Both the position numbers and the translations under genes were made by a program. Under the pieces are notes generated by a model. The model had not been told where the DNA came from, searched no databases, and worked only from the letters and a program-made list of their open reading frames with translations. A stretch of 64,000 nucleotides of DNA. It comes from the human T2T-CHM13v2.0 reference genome, Homo sapiens. How positions within the stretch are numbered: position 1 is the first letter of the stretch; each line of letters begins with the position of its first letter. Where the stretch lies: assembly GCF_009914755.1 (NCBI RefSeq), contig NC_060925.1; one strand, given 5' to 3'. Below are positions 1 through 13,199 of the stretch, one piece after another.

Positions 1-1538
1 TATACTCTACAAAAAAATCAATGGTTTTCTAAATTTTTCTTAGAGTAGATTAATTTAAAAGGTCTGGTGAGATTTGGAGCCTGCAGAATTGTGGCTCCCT
101 TTCCATGTTTTGTAGTGTATATTTGCTTTTTTTTTTTTTTAATTAGGTGTTTTGCTTCAAATGAGTATCTATTCACATTCAGTACAACCCAGCAGATGAG
201 CTGCACTGATTTCCTTTGGCCTTGCTCACTGCTCACTAGACCTGAAGTCAAGGGCAGATGACAACTTCCATCCATTCCTGGTGCCTCTCAGGCATACACC
301 TGGTGCACCTTGGTAGGGCAGAGATAGGATTTTCTCACCACATTTGTTGTATATCACATACCCCATATTGGTATAGTATGCCATAAGCTATATGCTCCTC
401 ATCATATACAACTGACAATGATCTTCCTCTCCGTACTAACCTCTACAACTTTGTTATCAGATATTACCTTCATCAGATGCAAGCACCATAGTCATATTTT
501 TCCCCTTACCACCTTGCTTACTTCAACTTTCTGCTGTCATTCTTGATAGTTGAGCTCTCCAAATAGGCACAGAAGATTTGTGTGTGGTTAAGTGTGTATC
601 CTTGGGCAGGGGAGGGAAGGAAAGGAGATGTGGGGAACCAGAGTGCTCGGGCTGCACAATAAAACAACACTTGTGTAATTTTCTGGTTGGTCAAGACTTG
701 GGTCCCCAAATCAAGGGGAAGATTGTGGTGAAGGGATAGAGTATTTTCTGTTTTCTGCACTTCTTATGGGTGGTTAGGGCACAGCTTGGGGCAAGCAACT
801 AATTGATTTTCCCATATTCCGTTTATTTATAGTTAGTGAAGATTTCTTTTGTACATTCTGACACTAGAGTCCCTGTTAGTCAGTTTTTGCTACTCACGTG
901 TTGTTTGTTTCTTTCCTTCTTCATAGAAATTTTAGTTGGGGGTTGTTAGGCAGATGTCATTTTATACAAAAAGCCTTATATATTAAAAAAAACAAACAAA
1001 CCTAAAGCACTAAACACACAAAATATAGGCTATTTTATTGAAACATCCTTGTAATACTGATGAAGGTAATTTCAGCTGGTATGCTCTTCTATGAGGGTTA
1101 TGAAGGCTTAAGTCAAAAGGTTTGCTGGTGTTCACCTCCCAAGCCCATTACCTTTCTTTGCCTCCTGAAATGTATGTTCCAGCCATAATGAACAGTATGT
1201 ACAGTATGTAGTTCTCCAAACTTATTTTTGCTTGGCTTTTGTCTCAGCACATACTGCTCCTTATCTCTGAAATACTCTTTCCCGTCTCTTACCTGGTTAG
1301 CTCCTACAAATCCCACCAAGCTCAGCTGAGACATAGTATAGAATATTGATAAAGAGTTAGCTCTGTTCAGACTGCCAGGATCAGAAATTAAGTCCCATGA
1401 TTTGAAGAATTGCCTTCAGAATCCTGTAATCCTCTACTTCAGTCAAGGGAAACAAAATATGCCAGAAGGAGGAGCCAGACAGGAGGATTACGGAAGAGGC
1501 CTTTAGCCTTTAGGGACTATATTAGTTTGCTGGGGCTG

Positions 1539-1896
1539 TGTTACGGTCTAAATGTTTATATCTCCCTCACATTCATGTGCTGAAATCCTCACTTCCATGG
1601 TATTAGGAGCTATGGTCTTAGGGAAGTGATTAGGCCGTGGGGGCAGAGCCCTCATGCATGGGATTAGTGTTCTTATAAAGGAGGCCTAAGAGACACCCTT
1701 TTCTGCTTTCACCATAGGAGGTCACAGTGAAAAAAACACCTGTCTCTAAGGAAGTGGACCCTCACCAAACACTAAATCTGCTTCTGTCTTGATCTTGGAC
1801 TTCCTGGCCTCCAGAAATCTGAGAAATAAATTTATGTTGTTTATAAACCACCCAGTCAATAGTATCTTGTTATAGCAGTCCAAATGGTCTAAGACA
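1539..1896 (+). mobile_element. Solo MaLR LTR (MLT1A-like), nested
   Basis: TG...CA ends; AATAAA near the 3' end; perfect 5-bp TSD GGCTG (1534-1538 / 1897-1901). Confidence 0.85.
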
Positions 1897-2201
1897 GGCT
1901 GCCATAACAAAATACCGCAGATCACATGGCTTAAACAACAGAAAATTATTTTCTCACAGTTCTGGAGGCTACAAGTCCAAGATCAAGGTGTCAGTAGGTT
2001 TAGTTTATTCTGAGGCCTATTTCCTTGGCTTGCAGATGGCCACTTTCTTGCTGTGTTCTCTGTGCATGGTCTTTCCTCTGTGCACCTACATCCCTGGTGT
2101 CTTTTTGTGTGTCCAAATGCCCACTTCCTATAAGGACAGCCTTCAGATTGGATTAGAACCCACCCTAACAGTCTCATTTTAACTCAGTTATCACTTCTTT
2201 A

Positions 2202-2496
2202 TTTTCACTTTTTGGCAGACAGAGTCTCACTCTGTCTCCCAGGCTGGAGTGCAGTGGCACGATCTCAGCTCACTACAAACTCTACCTCCTAGGTTCAAGT
2301 GATTCTCGTGCTTCAGCCTCCAGAGTAGCTGAGACTGGAGGCATGTGCCACCACACCAGCTAATTTTTGTATTTTTAGTAGAGGCAGGGTTTTCCCAGGT
2401 TGGCCAGGCTGGTGTTGAACTCCTGACCTCAAGTGATCCTCCCACCTCGGCCTCCCAAAGTGTTGGGATTACAGGCATAAGCCACCATAACCAGCC
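2202..2496 (-). mobile_element. AluS-type SINE
   Basis: Dimeric Alu; 13-bp TSD TATCACTTCTTTA (2189-2201 / 2497-2509). Confidence 0.95.
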
Positions 2497-5400
2497 TATC
2501 ACTTCTTTAAAAGGCCCTCCAAATATAGCCATATTCTGAAGTACTGGGGATTAAAACATCAGTATGTGAACTTTGGAGGGATACAATTCAGCCTTAACAG
2601 CCCTAACAGAAGTAAGAGTCAAAGAAGCCTAACTTTTGAGAGTAATTTATGTAATGTCTCTAAACCTTAGTTTACTCATCTGTGAAGTGGTTCTAAAAGG
2701 AAAACCAACTCATGGGGTTGCTGGGATTATGCTGTGTAGCCATGTAGAGCATCTAGCCCCATACCTGGATGTATTAGGTGCATATGCATTAATTCTTTAT
2801 CCAATCAAGTCAAGGGGTTATTTTGATCATGTAATTTAACCTTGCTACTGAGACACTCATTCACTTGCATTGTTTTTCTATGCTTTAACCTTCTTGTTCA
2901 TGTACTAAGTTATATTCTTTCCACCTTTCAGTTAACTGGGAGAAGTACAGCCCTTCCCTGATATAGAGGCAATAAACTCTGAAATCTAAACAAATGAATT
3001 TTATTTTTCCCTTTTGACAGATGGGAAAATTAAGGTTAAGAGAAATTTGTTACTTATCCAGGCTCCAAACCTAGTGTATTTCAGAACCAGGTTGCCAGCT
3101 AGGACTCATGCTGGGTTTCTCCATAGATGGGGGCTGAAGAGGTGGTAGAAGGGCTACACTGGTAAGGAAAGGTTGCTTCCAAGCTCTGGGCTTGTTTGGA
3201 TCATACCTGCCCCTGGAGCTTAAATGTTTCCCTCTTTGGTATTCATATCTTACATGCCTCCTGGGTCCTGGAAGAGAGGGCAAGAGATCCTAAACTCAAA
3301 TCCAGAACTCTGTTCAGCATCAAGCCCAAGGGTGAAGCCAGCTCTGGAACTTAGGCAGTTTGGCCAAAGCCTCTGTGCCTAGTCATTATCTTATAAACTG
3401 AATTTCATGGGACTTGTAGGAGAATCAGTGTAGTGTAGTGACCAAGAGCCAAGACTGAAGGTAGAGAACCTACATTTGACTTAGCCTTATTGACGAATTC
3501 ATTTATTAGTTGTGTATTGGTTTTAGCCTCTCTGTGCTGCTGTGCCTCAGTTTCCTCACTTGAAAAATAATATACCTACTTCATGGGAAAGTTGCAATAA
3601 TTAAAAGAGTTAATATTTATAAAGCACTTATTATTATTTTCTGGAAGAGAAAAGGCAGCAGGTCTGATTTCTAAGGCACAGCCAATGGGCAGATCTATAC
3701 CGTATTTCTAATAGCTTGCTACCTAACACTTTTCCTATTCCCGTCAGAAGTAATTGCTGAATCAGACACCTCAGGTTTCCTTCATCTTCTAAAATCCTCT
3801 GGTTGTTCCTGGGATTAGCAAAACCAGTCTTTTTCAACTTAATTGCACTCTCAGTAATGGACCAGATGTGTATGATAAGTCCTACTTGTGGCTGTGTCAA
3901 TTGCTCCCCTCTTTTCATGAAGCTTCCATAGCAGCTTTATTATTTATCCCTTCCCCCAACACAATTTGGCTTGTGTGCATGTGTTTTAAACTGGTTTGAA
4001 GCATTTAATTTTGCCAATACAATTTTAGAGTATTAGTTTGCCTCCTGTTCTCTCTCTGCCCTCCTTAATTACCATTTATTGCAAAGTCACACAGAAACAT
4101 TAAATGCTAATTCTGATTTACATGTTCCTGGCCAAGAACACGGATAATAATTTCCATCCAACAAAACCTGAACTCATTTTACATAAGGGTGATTCAGAGT
4201 AGAGATTTGAAATCGTAATCAAGTCTTTCTCAAAATCGCCTTATCCTGGCAGTCATTCACTAATGTCTCTGCTAATTGGTAGGCAAATGGCAAAAAAACA
4301 AATCTCAATGTTAAAAAAACAACAACAACTTTGTAACAGGGTTTGTGAAATTGCTCCTCTCATCAACTCTCACAACATGACAGTTTAAGGAGGAAGCACA
4401 ACTCATTTTATTTGGTTAGATGGGGCTAATCCCACATCACCATAATCCCTCCTGATGTTTTATTGATTCTAAAGGACATTTAGTCAGGAAGCAGCTCAGC
4501 ACTAGAATCCTGCTAATTAGCAAGCAGCCACATTCCAAATGGGTTCCCAATTGAACAGCAGATTAATGGACAATATGTACTAAAATAATGATTCGTGCAT
4601 TCAGCTTCTAAAATGTGTGTCTAAATTACATCTTTAATCTCTTAAGGATATAGGTTTGCATACAAAGCCCTTAACAAAATGGATTTAATTCAACAAAAGA
4701 AGCTTTAGCCAATGACTGTTTAGGGATGAAACAGGTATATTTCTTATAAATGCAATTCTTTTTTAGTTCTTATGGTTGTGATATCCTTGAACATTTAAAA
4801 GTCAAAGACAGGTGAATAAAGAAATCTGTGTGCTTCTCTGATCTGCACAAAAACAGTGAGAAATTGAGAGTGTTGATAGGATAGTAAGTAGCCTAACACT
4901 ATTTGCTCCGCATTTTCTCTTGGTCTCATATTCCCGATTCTCAGAATCTTGGTTCTGGATCTCAATTTTTAATCAACAAATATCTATTGAGTCTCTACTA
5001 CGTACAGGTATAATGTGAGCTTTGATACTTGCTTTTTCTTCCTTTAGATTGGTGCCTTTTTGGTAGTCTTAATTTTGGCCTTGTAATTTTCTACTCGGCT
5101 CTTAGCTCAGTTTTCTGCATTTCCAGCTTAACCACACCTCTCGCCTTCATCCAACCACCCCCAAGGTTTCAAAGAAGGCAGACTCTCATGTCCAAAGCTG
5201 GCACAGTGGAAATTCATTGACTAAGCTCAATATCATAACCTCATTATTCATATGTTCATCGATTGATGTGGCTCATAACCTTTACCCTTTATTTTTCTGT
5301 ATTGCTCTTATCACCATGTGATATGCCATATATTCTAACTTATGTATTATTTATCTTTCCCATTAGAATATAAGTTTCATGAGGAAAGGGGCTTTGTTTT

Positions 5401-5526
5401 ATTCATATCTATATTCCTAGTGTGTAAGAGTAGTGCTTGGTATGTAGTAGGTACCCATTAAATGCTTGCTAAATAAATGAATAAGTAAATTCCTTAAACA
5501 TTTACTGTGTACCTATCATGTGCCAA

Positions 5527-7702
5527 TGATATGGTTTGGCTCTGTGTCCCCACCCAAATCTAATGTCAAACTGTATTCTCCATGTGTTGAAGGAGGGGCC
5601 TGGTGGCAGGTGATTGGATCATGGGGGCAGATTTCCCTCATGCTGTTCTCATGATAGTTTTCACGAGATCTGATAGTTTAAAAGTGTGGCACGTCCCCCT
5701 CACTGTCTCTTCCTCTCTCCTGCTTTGCCGTGGTAAGATATGCTTGCTTGCCCTTTACCTTTTGCCAGGATCATAAGTTTCCTGTGGCCACTCAGCCATC
5801 CTTCCTGTTAAGCCTATAAATCTGTAAGTCAATTAAACCTCTTTTCTTCATAAATTACCCAGTCTCCGGTTGTTCCTTACAGCAGTGTAAAAACAGACTG
5901 ATACAGAAAATTGGTACCAGGAGAGTGGGGCACTGCTATAAAGATACATGAAAGTGTGGAAGTGACTTTGGAACTGGGTAATGGGTAAAGGTTGAAACAT
6001 TTTGGAGGGCTCAGAAGAAGACAGGAAGATGTCGGAAAAATTTTGAAACTTCCTAGAGACTTGTTGAGTGGTTTTAATCAAAATGCTGACAGTGATATGG
6101 ACAATGACGTCCAGGCTGAGGTAGTTTCAAATGAAAATGAGGAACTTTTTGGGAAATGGAGTAAAGGTCACTCTTTCTACGCTTCAGCAAAGAGAATGGC
6201 AGCATTTTGCCCTTGCCTTAGATATCTGTGGAACTTTGAACTTGAGAGAGATGATTTAGGGTATCTGGCAGAAGAAATTTCTAAGTAGCAAAGCATTCAA
6301 GATGTGACCTGGCTGTTTCTAAAAGTGTACAGTCATAAGCATTTACAAAGAGATGGTCTAAAATTGCAATTTATGTTTAAAAGGGAAGCAGAGCAAAAAA
6401 GTTTGGAAAATTTATAGCCTGACTATGAGGTAGAAAGGAAAAGCACATTTTCTGGGGAGAAAGTCAAGCTGGCTGCAGAAATTTGCATAAGTGATGAGGA
6501 GCTATATATTAATAGCTAAGACAATGGGGAAAATGTCTCTAGGTCATTTCAGAGATCCTGGCAGCTCCTCCCATCACAGGCCTGGAAGTCTAGGAGGGAA
6601 AAATAGTTTCGTGGGCTGGGCCCAGGCTGGGCTTGAGGCTCTGTGCAGCCTCAAGACATGGTGCCCTGCATCCCAGTTGCTCCAGCTCCAGCTGTGGCTA
6701 AAACAGGACTCTGTGCCTGTACAGAGGCCGCACTAGGGCACTGCCTAGTGGGGTTTGAGAAGAGGGCTACAGTCCTCCAGACCCCAGAATGGTAAATCCA
6801 CTGACAGCTTGCAACCGTGTGCTTGGAAAAGCCACAGGCATTCAATGCAAGCCTGTGAAAGCAGTCAAAGTAGCTGTACCCTGAAGAACCACAGGGCCAG
6901 AGCTGCCCAAACCCTTAGGAGCCCAACCCTTGCATCAGTGTGCTCTGGATGTGAGACATAGAATCAAAAGAAATTATTCTGGAGCTTTAAGATTTAATGA
7001 TTGCTCTGCTGGGTTTTGGACTTGCATGGGGTCTGTAGCTCCTTTCTTTTGGCACATTTCTTCCTTTTGGAATGGGAGCATTTACCCAATGCCTGTACTC
7101 CCACTGTATCTTGGAAGTAAGTGACTTGTTTTTGATTTTACAGGCTCATAGGTAAAAGGGATTTGCCTTGTCTCAGATGAGACTTTGGACTTGGACTTTT
7201 GCATTAATGCTGGAATGACTTAAGACTTTGAGGGACTGTTGGGAAGGCATGATTGGTTTAGAAACATAAAAAGAACATGAGATTTGGGAGGACCTGGGGG
7301 CAGAATGATATTGTTTGGCTCTGTGTTCCCACCCAAATCTCATGTCAAATTGTAATCCCCATGTATTGAAGGAAGGGCCTGGTGGGAGGTGATTGGATCA
7401 TGAGGGCAGATTTCCCCCATGCTGTTCTTGTGATGGTGAGTGAATTCTCATGAGGTTTGATGGTTTAAAACTGTGGCACTTCCCCCCTCACTGTCTCTCT
7501 CTCTCTCCTGCTTTGCCATGGTAAGATGTGTTTGCTTCCCCTTTGCTTTTCACTGTGATTGTAAGTTTCCTGAGGCCTCCCAGCCATGCTTACTGTACAG
7601 CCTACAGAACTGTGAGTCAATTAAACTTCTTTTCTTTGGAAATTACTCAGTCTCAGGTAGTTCCTGTAGTTCCTTATAGCACTGTGAGAACAGACTAATA
7701 CA
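5527..7702 (+). mobile_element. THE1-family (THE1D-like) MaLR provirus: LTR 5527-5905, internal 5906-7305, LTR 7306-7702
   Basis: Two similar ~380-400 bp LTRs (tgatat(g/t)gtttggctctgtg...taca); THE1-int sequence between them; perfect TSD GCCAA (5522-5526 / 7703-7707); interrupts an L2 3' end. Confidence 0.93.
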
Positions 7703-8029
7703 GCCAAGAACTAGGCTAGATGTTGGAAATACAGTGTGAGGAAAATAGTCATGCCCCTTGCTAGCATGGAGATCACTATGTAGACATTAAACTAACAAAT
7801 CACACAAATACACACAATTACAAATACTGATAAGTGTTAGCAAATAAAATGACTGGGTGCCATGAGAGAGTACAGCACAAGGAACCTGATTTTGGTGAGG
7901 TGGGTAAGGAAGGCCTTCTTCAAGTTGCTCATGAGATAGGGACTGGGAAGAATTTACGTATCTGCATCCCTGAGAATATTTTGAGGGATTACCTCTCTAA
8001 TTCAGTTCAAGTCAATGTATCCCCAACCC

Positions 8030-8815
8030 CCAATTCAGTTCAAGTCAATAAATATTTATTGAGAACCTACTATGTGCCAAGCACTGCTCTAGACACTTTG
8101 GATACATCAATGAATAAAACAAAGACCCTGACTTCCCCATGGCACTATCATCTACTGTCTGTCAGGGAGATACAGATAATAGCTATACAGATGATAAATC
8201 TGCAAATTACCTAATTCATTAGAGGTTGATAAGTGTATAAAAGAAAACAAAAAGAGACTAGCTGAAGGGGAACAAAGGATGGGGACCACAGCTTTAAATA
8301 GGGTGGTTAGTGTAGTTCTCATTGACAAGGAGATATTTGAGCAAAAACTTGAAGAAAGTGAGGGAGTTAGCATAAGGATATCTGTGGGAAGAGCTTTCAA
8401 GGTAGAGGGAACATTCAAAAGATAGGTGTTAAGGTGAAGTCTGCATGGTGTGTTTGAGGAAGAAAAGAGGCATGGTGTAACTGGAACAGATTAGGGAAAG
8501 GAAATTTTAGATGGAGCCAAAGTGATGGGGGAGCAACTCTTATAGAGGACTTTGATTTTTTTTTTTTTTTTTTTGCCTTCTACGTGTAATAACATACTCT
8601 TGCAGTGTTTTGAGCAGAGTAATGATGCAAACACTTTTAGGTTTTTTAATAGACAACAATAGCTGTGGGAGTGAGGATAAACTAGGTATAAGAGTAGAAA
8701 CAGAGTTCAGTTAGGAGGTTATTACAGAAATCCAGGAGAAAGATAATGGTAGTGTGGATGGGTGTTGTTAAGTAACAATAGAAGGGGTGACAGGGAACCA
8801 GATTCTGGATATGAG
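8030..8815 (-). mobile_element. L2 LINE 3' fragment
   Basis: aaatatttattgagaacctactatgtgccaagcactg followed by the purine-rich antisense L2 body. Confidence 0.7.
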
Positions 8816-8929
8816 TTGATTTGCTAATTAAATAAATTAAATCAATAATTAACAATCTTTCAAAGCAGAAAGTACCAGGCCCAGTTGGGTTCACTGGTGA
8901 ATTCTACCAAAAATTTGAGAAAGAAATTG

Positions 8930-9532
8930 CAGTAGTTTCCCCTTATCCACAGGGTATATATTCCAAGACCCATCGTGGATGCCTGAAACTACAGCTAGTA
9001 CTGAACCCTATATATCCTATGCACAAATTTCTTTTTCCTTCTTCACAATTGTACAAATAGATTTGTTCTTTCTGTAGATCTTAGAAACCTCAGCATACAT
9101 TTTTTTTCCCTCATTAAGTTGAAAGCCTTCATCTTTTCACATAAGAAAGTACTTTACAGTTTATCTTTGGCATATCCAAGTTGCCAGCATGACTACTTTT
9201 TTGCTTTGAGGCTATTAATAAGCAAATAAGCAAAATAAGAATTACTTGAACACAAGCACTGTGATACCATGACAGTCAATCTGATAACCAAGACAGCTAC
9301 TAAGTGATTAACACAGGTGTAACATATACAGCACAGATATGTTGGATGAAGGGAAGATTCATTTCCCAGGCAGAACCGAGCAGGACAGAATAAGATTTCT
9401 TCATGCTACTCAGAACGGTGCACGACTTAAAACTTATAAATTACTTATTTCTGGAATTTTCCATTTAATATTTTCAGATCATAGGTAACTGAAGTCACAG
9501 AAAGTGAAACCACAGAAAGGGGAAGGCTACTA
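8930..9532. mobile_element. MER44-type (Tigger7-derived) DNA transposon
   Basis: Degenerate TIRs cagtagtttccccttatccacag / cacagaaaggggaaggctacta; characteristic internal text ttccaagacc...ggatgcctgaaac. Confidence 0.75.
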
Positions 9533-9534
9533 TA

Positions 9535-11340
9535 ATTTGTCTTTTTCTCTGTGTGCTTTTAAGGTTTTTTCTTTACCACTGGGTTAAGCAATTTGATTAC
9601 AATGAACTTTTGCATGGTTTATTTCAAATTTCTTGTGTCTGAAGTTCATTGAGCTCCTTGCGTCCATGTCTTTATAGTTTTCTCCAAATTTGAAAAAAAT
9701 GGCAGCTATTATTTGTTCAACATACTTTTCTTCTCTTCATCCCTCTCTTCCTTTTCTGAGATTCCAATTTCCCATGTATTAGGCTGCTGGTGTCACAAGG
9801 CCCAGTGATGCTCTGTTAGTTTTTCCTTCATTTTTTCACACTGAGTTTTATTTTACATAGTGTCCGTATCTATGTCGTCAAGCTCATTTATTTGTTATTG
9901 TGTTTTATCTTCCGTTGCTTCCATAACAAACAGTTTTCTTTCAGGTATTGTATTTTTAAAATAAACCTCATTTTTTAAAAGTAGTTTTAGATTTTATAGA
10001 AAAAAATTTAAGATAATACAGAGAATTTTCATATACTTCATACTTGTTTTCCCTTTTTGTCAATACCTTACAATCATATGATACTGTTGCTATGATTAAT
10101 GGACCAATATTGATACATTATGATTAAAGTCCATAATTCCAATATCCTTAATTTTTACCTAATATTTCTTTTCTGTTCCAGATTCCCTCCAGGCTATCCC
10201 ATTACATTTAGTCTTCATGTCTTCTTATGTTCTTGTTGGCTGGGACAGTTACTCAGATCTTCCTCATTTTTAATGGCCTTCACAGTTTTGTGGAGCACTG
10301 GCTGGGCATTGTGTAGAATGTCTCTCTGTTGTGAATTGTTTAGTGTTTTTCACATTATTACACTGGGGTTACATGTTGCAGGGGAGAAGACATTGTATTT
10401 TTTATCTCTAGAAGTTCTATTTGGATCTTTTTTAATCTTCCTTATCTTTCATTATGTTCATGCCTTCTTGAACAGGAGAAGTGTATTTATAAGTGTTCTT
10501 TTAATATGCTTGTTTACTAATTGTATTATCTGTGTTGTTTAGGAATCTGCTTTTATTAACTTGTTTTTCTGTGAATAATAAGTCCTACTTTTCCTGCTTC
10601 TTTTTGTGCTTAGCAATTTTTGTATACATTTTAAAATTGTGATTTTTGCATTGTTGATTGAGATTTTCTGTTCCTTTGAAATTGGGGGACTTTGTTCTTA
10701 GATAAAATTAAGTTGGTCAAAAACATTTTGATCATTTTCAAGCCTTGTTAGAGTTTTAAGATTTGTTGAGTTTGTCTGGGGTAATTTGGCACCATTATTA
10801 CAATGATGTACTTTTTTAAGGTTTCTACTCAATGCCGTATGTGTTACGAGGTCTGCCTCACTAGCTGGTGGAAACATGAAGTATTCCCAATCCTATGTGA
10901 GATCTAAAAATGTTTCTACCTCTTTCTTTTGGTGTTACCTTTCCTGGCCTTGGGTAGTTTCCTCAAATGGACACATTAGCCAGCACTTACTTGAAGATTT
11001 AAGGGTAACTCTTGGAAATCTCCAGAGACGGCTCCCTGGGGATTTCTCACTTCTCTACTCCTCTGTGCTGTGCATTTTAGTCTTTTTGGCCTTCTTGAAC
11101 TCGAAACTCTGTCCCTTTAACTCAGGGAGAATGCTGGGCTCTGCCTGAATTCCCCATTCCTATGCAATAAGCTAGGCTCACTTGCTTTATTTTTCTTCTC
11201 CCAGGAGTCATTGTTCTGTGCTGCTTGCCGTTCGATGTCTGAGAATCACTGCTTCATATATTTTGTCCTATTTTTAGTTGCTTAAGGTAGAATGGTAAGT
11301 CTAGTCCCTGATAGTCTGTAATGGTTGTAAGTGGAAGTTT
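9535..11340 (-). mobile_element. Old L1M LINE fragments (boundaries approximate)
   Basis: T-rich antisense L1M-like sequence (tttctccaaatttgaaaaaaatggcagctattatttg; gagattccaatttcccatgtattaggc). Confidence 0.6.
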
Positions 11341-11504
11341 CCTGCTTTGTTTTTCTATGGCCAAGAAGACCCTTTGGTCGCAATAAAAGCAAACATTCTT
11401 AACTCCATCAAGTGATGAAATCGATTGCTTCACACATAGAACTCCTACTCTAAAGACAGATCTATGTGACTGGCATCCTAACAGAGGACAGAATGAATAA
11501 AAAA

Positions 11505-11833
11505 TTCAGGCTGCTATCACAAAATGTCATTCACTAGGTAGGAATCTAGAAAATCAAGATCAAGGTGCTGGCACCTTAAGTTCTTGCTGAGGACCCTCTT
11601 CCTGACTTACAGATGGCTACCTTTTGTATCTTCACATGGCAGAGACAGGAAACTCTTATGTCTGTTCCTCTCATTACAAAGACAATAATTTCATCATGGG
11701 GGTTTCACCTTTATGACATCATCTAAACCTAATCACCTCCCAAACCAGTCTCCAAAAACCATCATATTTGAAGTTAAAGCTTCACCATATCATTTGGGGA
11801 AGGGGTGGTGGATACAAACATTCAGTTCTTAAT
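11505..11833 (-). mobile_element. MaLR LTR (MLT1A/MSTD-like) abutting the exon 8 donor
   Basis: agggctgctatcacaaaatg...aagatcaaggtgctggca...taatcacctcccaaa...gatacaaacattcag. Confidence 0.7.
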
Positions 11834-11847
11834 AAGAGTTGACTTAC

Positions 11848-11945
11848 TTTATTTCATTTTGGTAACCCAAATCTTGATGGTTAAGCAATGTTTCCAGCAG
11901 GCTCAGGGTCAGATATAATCCATGCTTCCCACATATAGCCCTGAC
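11848..11945 (-). CDS. C1orf87: Exon 8 (98 nt): VRAICGKHGLYLTLSLLETLLNHQDLGYQNEI(K)
   Basis: T-rich tract then cttgtag| acceptor; donor AA|GTAAGT; in frame with exon 7. Confidence 0.93.
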
Positions 11946-12884
11946 CTACAAGTTAAAAAAAAATAAAAAAGATTTGATGTTTCACTAGGATACAAAATGT
12001 TTCAATAGAATACAATTAATATTTGTTTTTTCTCATAATTGGAAGCTATATTATTTTGACAAAGAATTAATACCCAGGAGTACATTCTACCATTGAGGTA
12101 TCCTTCAGGATACCATTTAGGACAAGAATGTGCAACTGAATGCTTACCAGCAAGTTTTTATTCAGTTGACACAGAGGTATATTTCATTACTCAGAAGTCA
12201 CTGGGGTTTGAAATGCTGATCTTACATTTTTATCAGCCATGGAAGGGGTAGTCAATGCCTATGTATTACACATACTTGATTATATAGGTAAATTGCTAAA
12301 TGTTTTTGTATCATCCATTTTGATTAGCCAAACAAGCTTGTTGTATTAGCAGGGTTAATATTACTATCTACATTTTATATATGAGGAAACAAAGACCTGG
12401 AGGGATTATTTCCTTAATGTCACATAGCTAATAAGTTATGGAACTTAGTCTAGAAACCAGATGCTCAGATAAATAGTTGTTGAATGAATGAATGAGGTGT
12501 CATTGAAGTTTCCCAAGTTCATAATATGTTCTAAATCTTGTTCTGAACTAGTACAAACCAGTTCAGTTCTCAGGTTGGTGGGTAAGTGACACTTAGATTC
12601 AAATATTTCAAACTTTTAGGGTGTAGTAACTTTTGTTGTATATTTAGAATAATGGCTAAACATATAAATGATAGAACCAAACAGACCTTATCTGAGCACA
12701 GATCTGCTGCCTGTGATCTCTCTGATCTTGGGAAGTTACTTAACCTTTTTTAGGTCCTACAACTTCATTTACTAAACAAGACTAGTACTTTCTATTTCCC
12801 AGGATTCTGTCAGGATTGCATGATAAAATTAGCATTTAGGATAGTGCCTGGTTCTTATTAGGCATTTGATTAATATTTGATGAA

Positions 12885-13072
12885 ATAAAGAAAAGACAGA
12901 AGGAGGAGAGAGGAAGCAGAGAGAGAGGAAAGAAGAGAGAAGAGGGGAGAGTACAGAAGAAGGAAAATAGAGAAATGGAAGAAGGAAGAAGAGAGGAAAC
13001 AAGGGAGGGAGAGAGAGAGAGGTAGTGGGGTATCAAGGAAGGAAGGAAGGGGAGAAGGAAGGAAAAAAGAAA
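12885..13072 (+). repeat. GA-rich polypurine low-complexity tract
   Basis: About 185 bp of mostly A/G (gaaggaagaagagagg...). Confidence 0.9.
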
Positions 13073-13199
13073 TGTCAAGTTTAATGTGTGGACTATTTAC
13101 ACTAAATTAGACATTTCTAATAGTAACTACATAAAAAAATGAATATATAAGTAAATAATAGCAACTACTAAAATTAGCTATTTAGTCCAAACATAACTA

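Larger units (their letters stand above)
1518..2599 (-). mobile_element. MaLR LTR (MLT1B/C-like) interrupted by a second MaLR LTR and an Alu
   Basis: Typical MLT1 antisense text (tattagtttgctggggctg...ccataacaaaatacc...ttctggaggctacaagtccaagatcaagg...acaattcagccttaaca), split at 1539-1896 and 2202-2496. Confidence 0.8.

Noticed and set aside
2227-2539. Alu-derived ORFs (also 16008-16328, 18822-19109, 30464-30714, 42466-42792, 60996-61220)
   Set aside because: Typical spurious Alu translations with no evidence of exonisation in the sequence.
4270-4300. Possible C1orf87 exon 9 (minus-strand TTGCCTACC resembles LPT)
   Set aside because: The match is only about 9 nt, with no phase-compatible open exon or proper splice sites; exon 9 appears to lie beyond the left edge.
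5848-7124. Cluster of ORFs that could suggest an operon
   Set aside because: They are fragments of the THE1 MaLR internal region, broken by stops and frameshifts.
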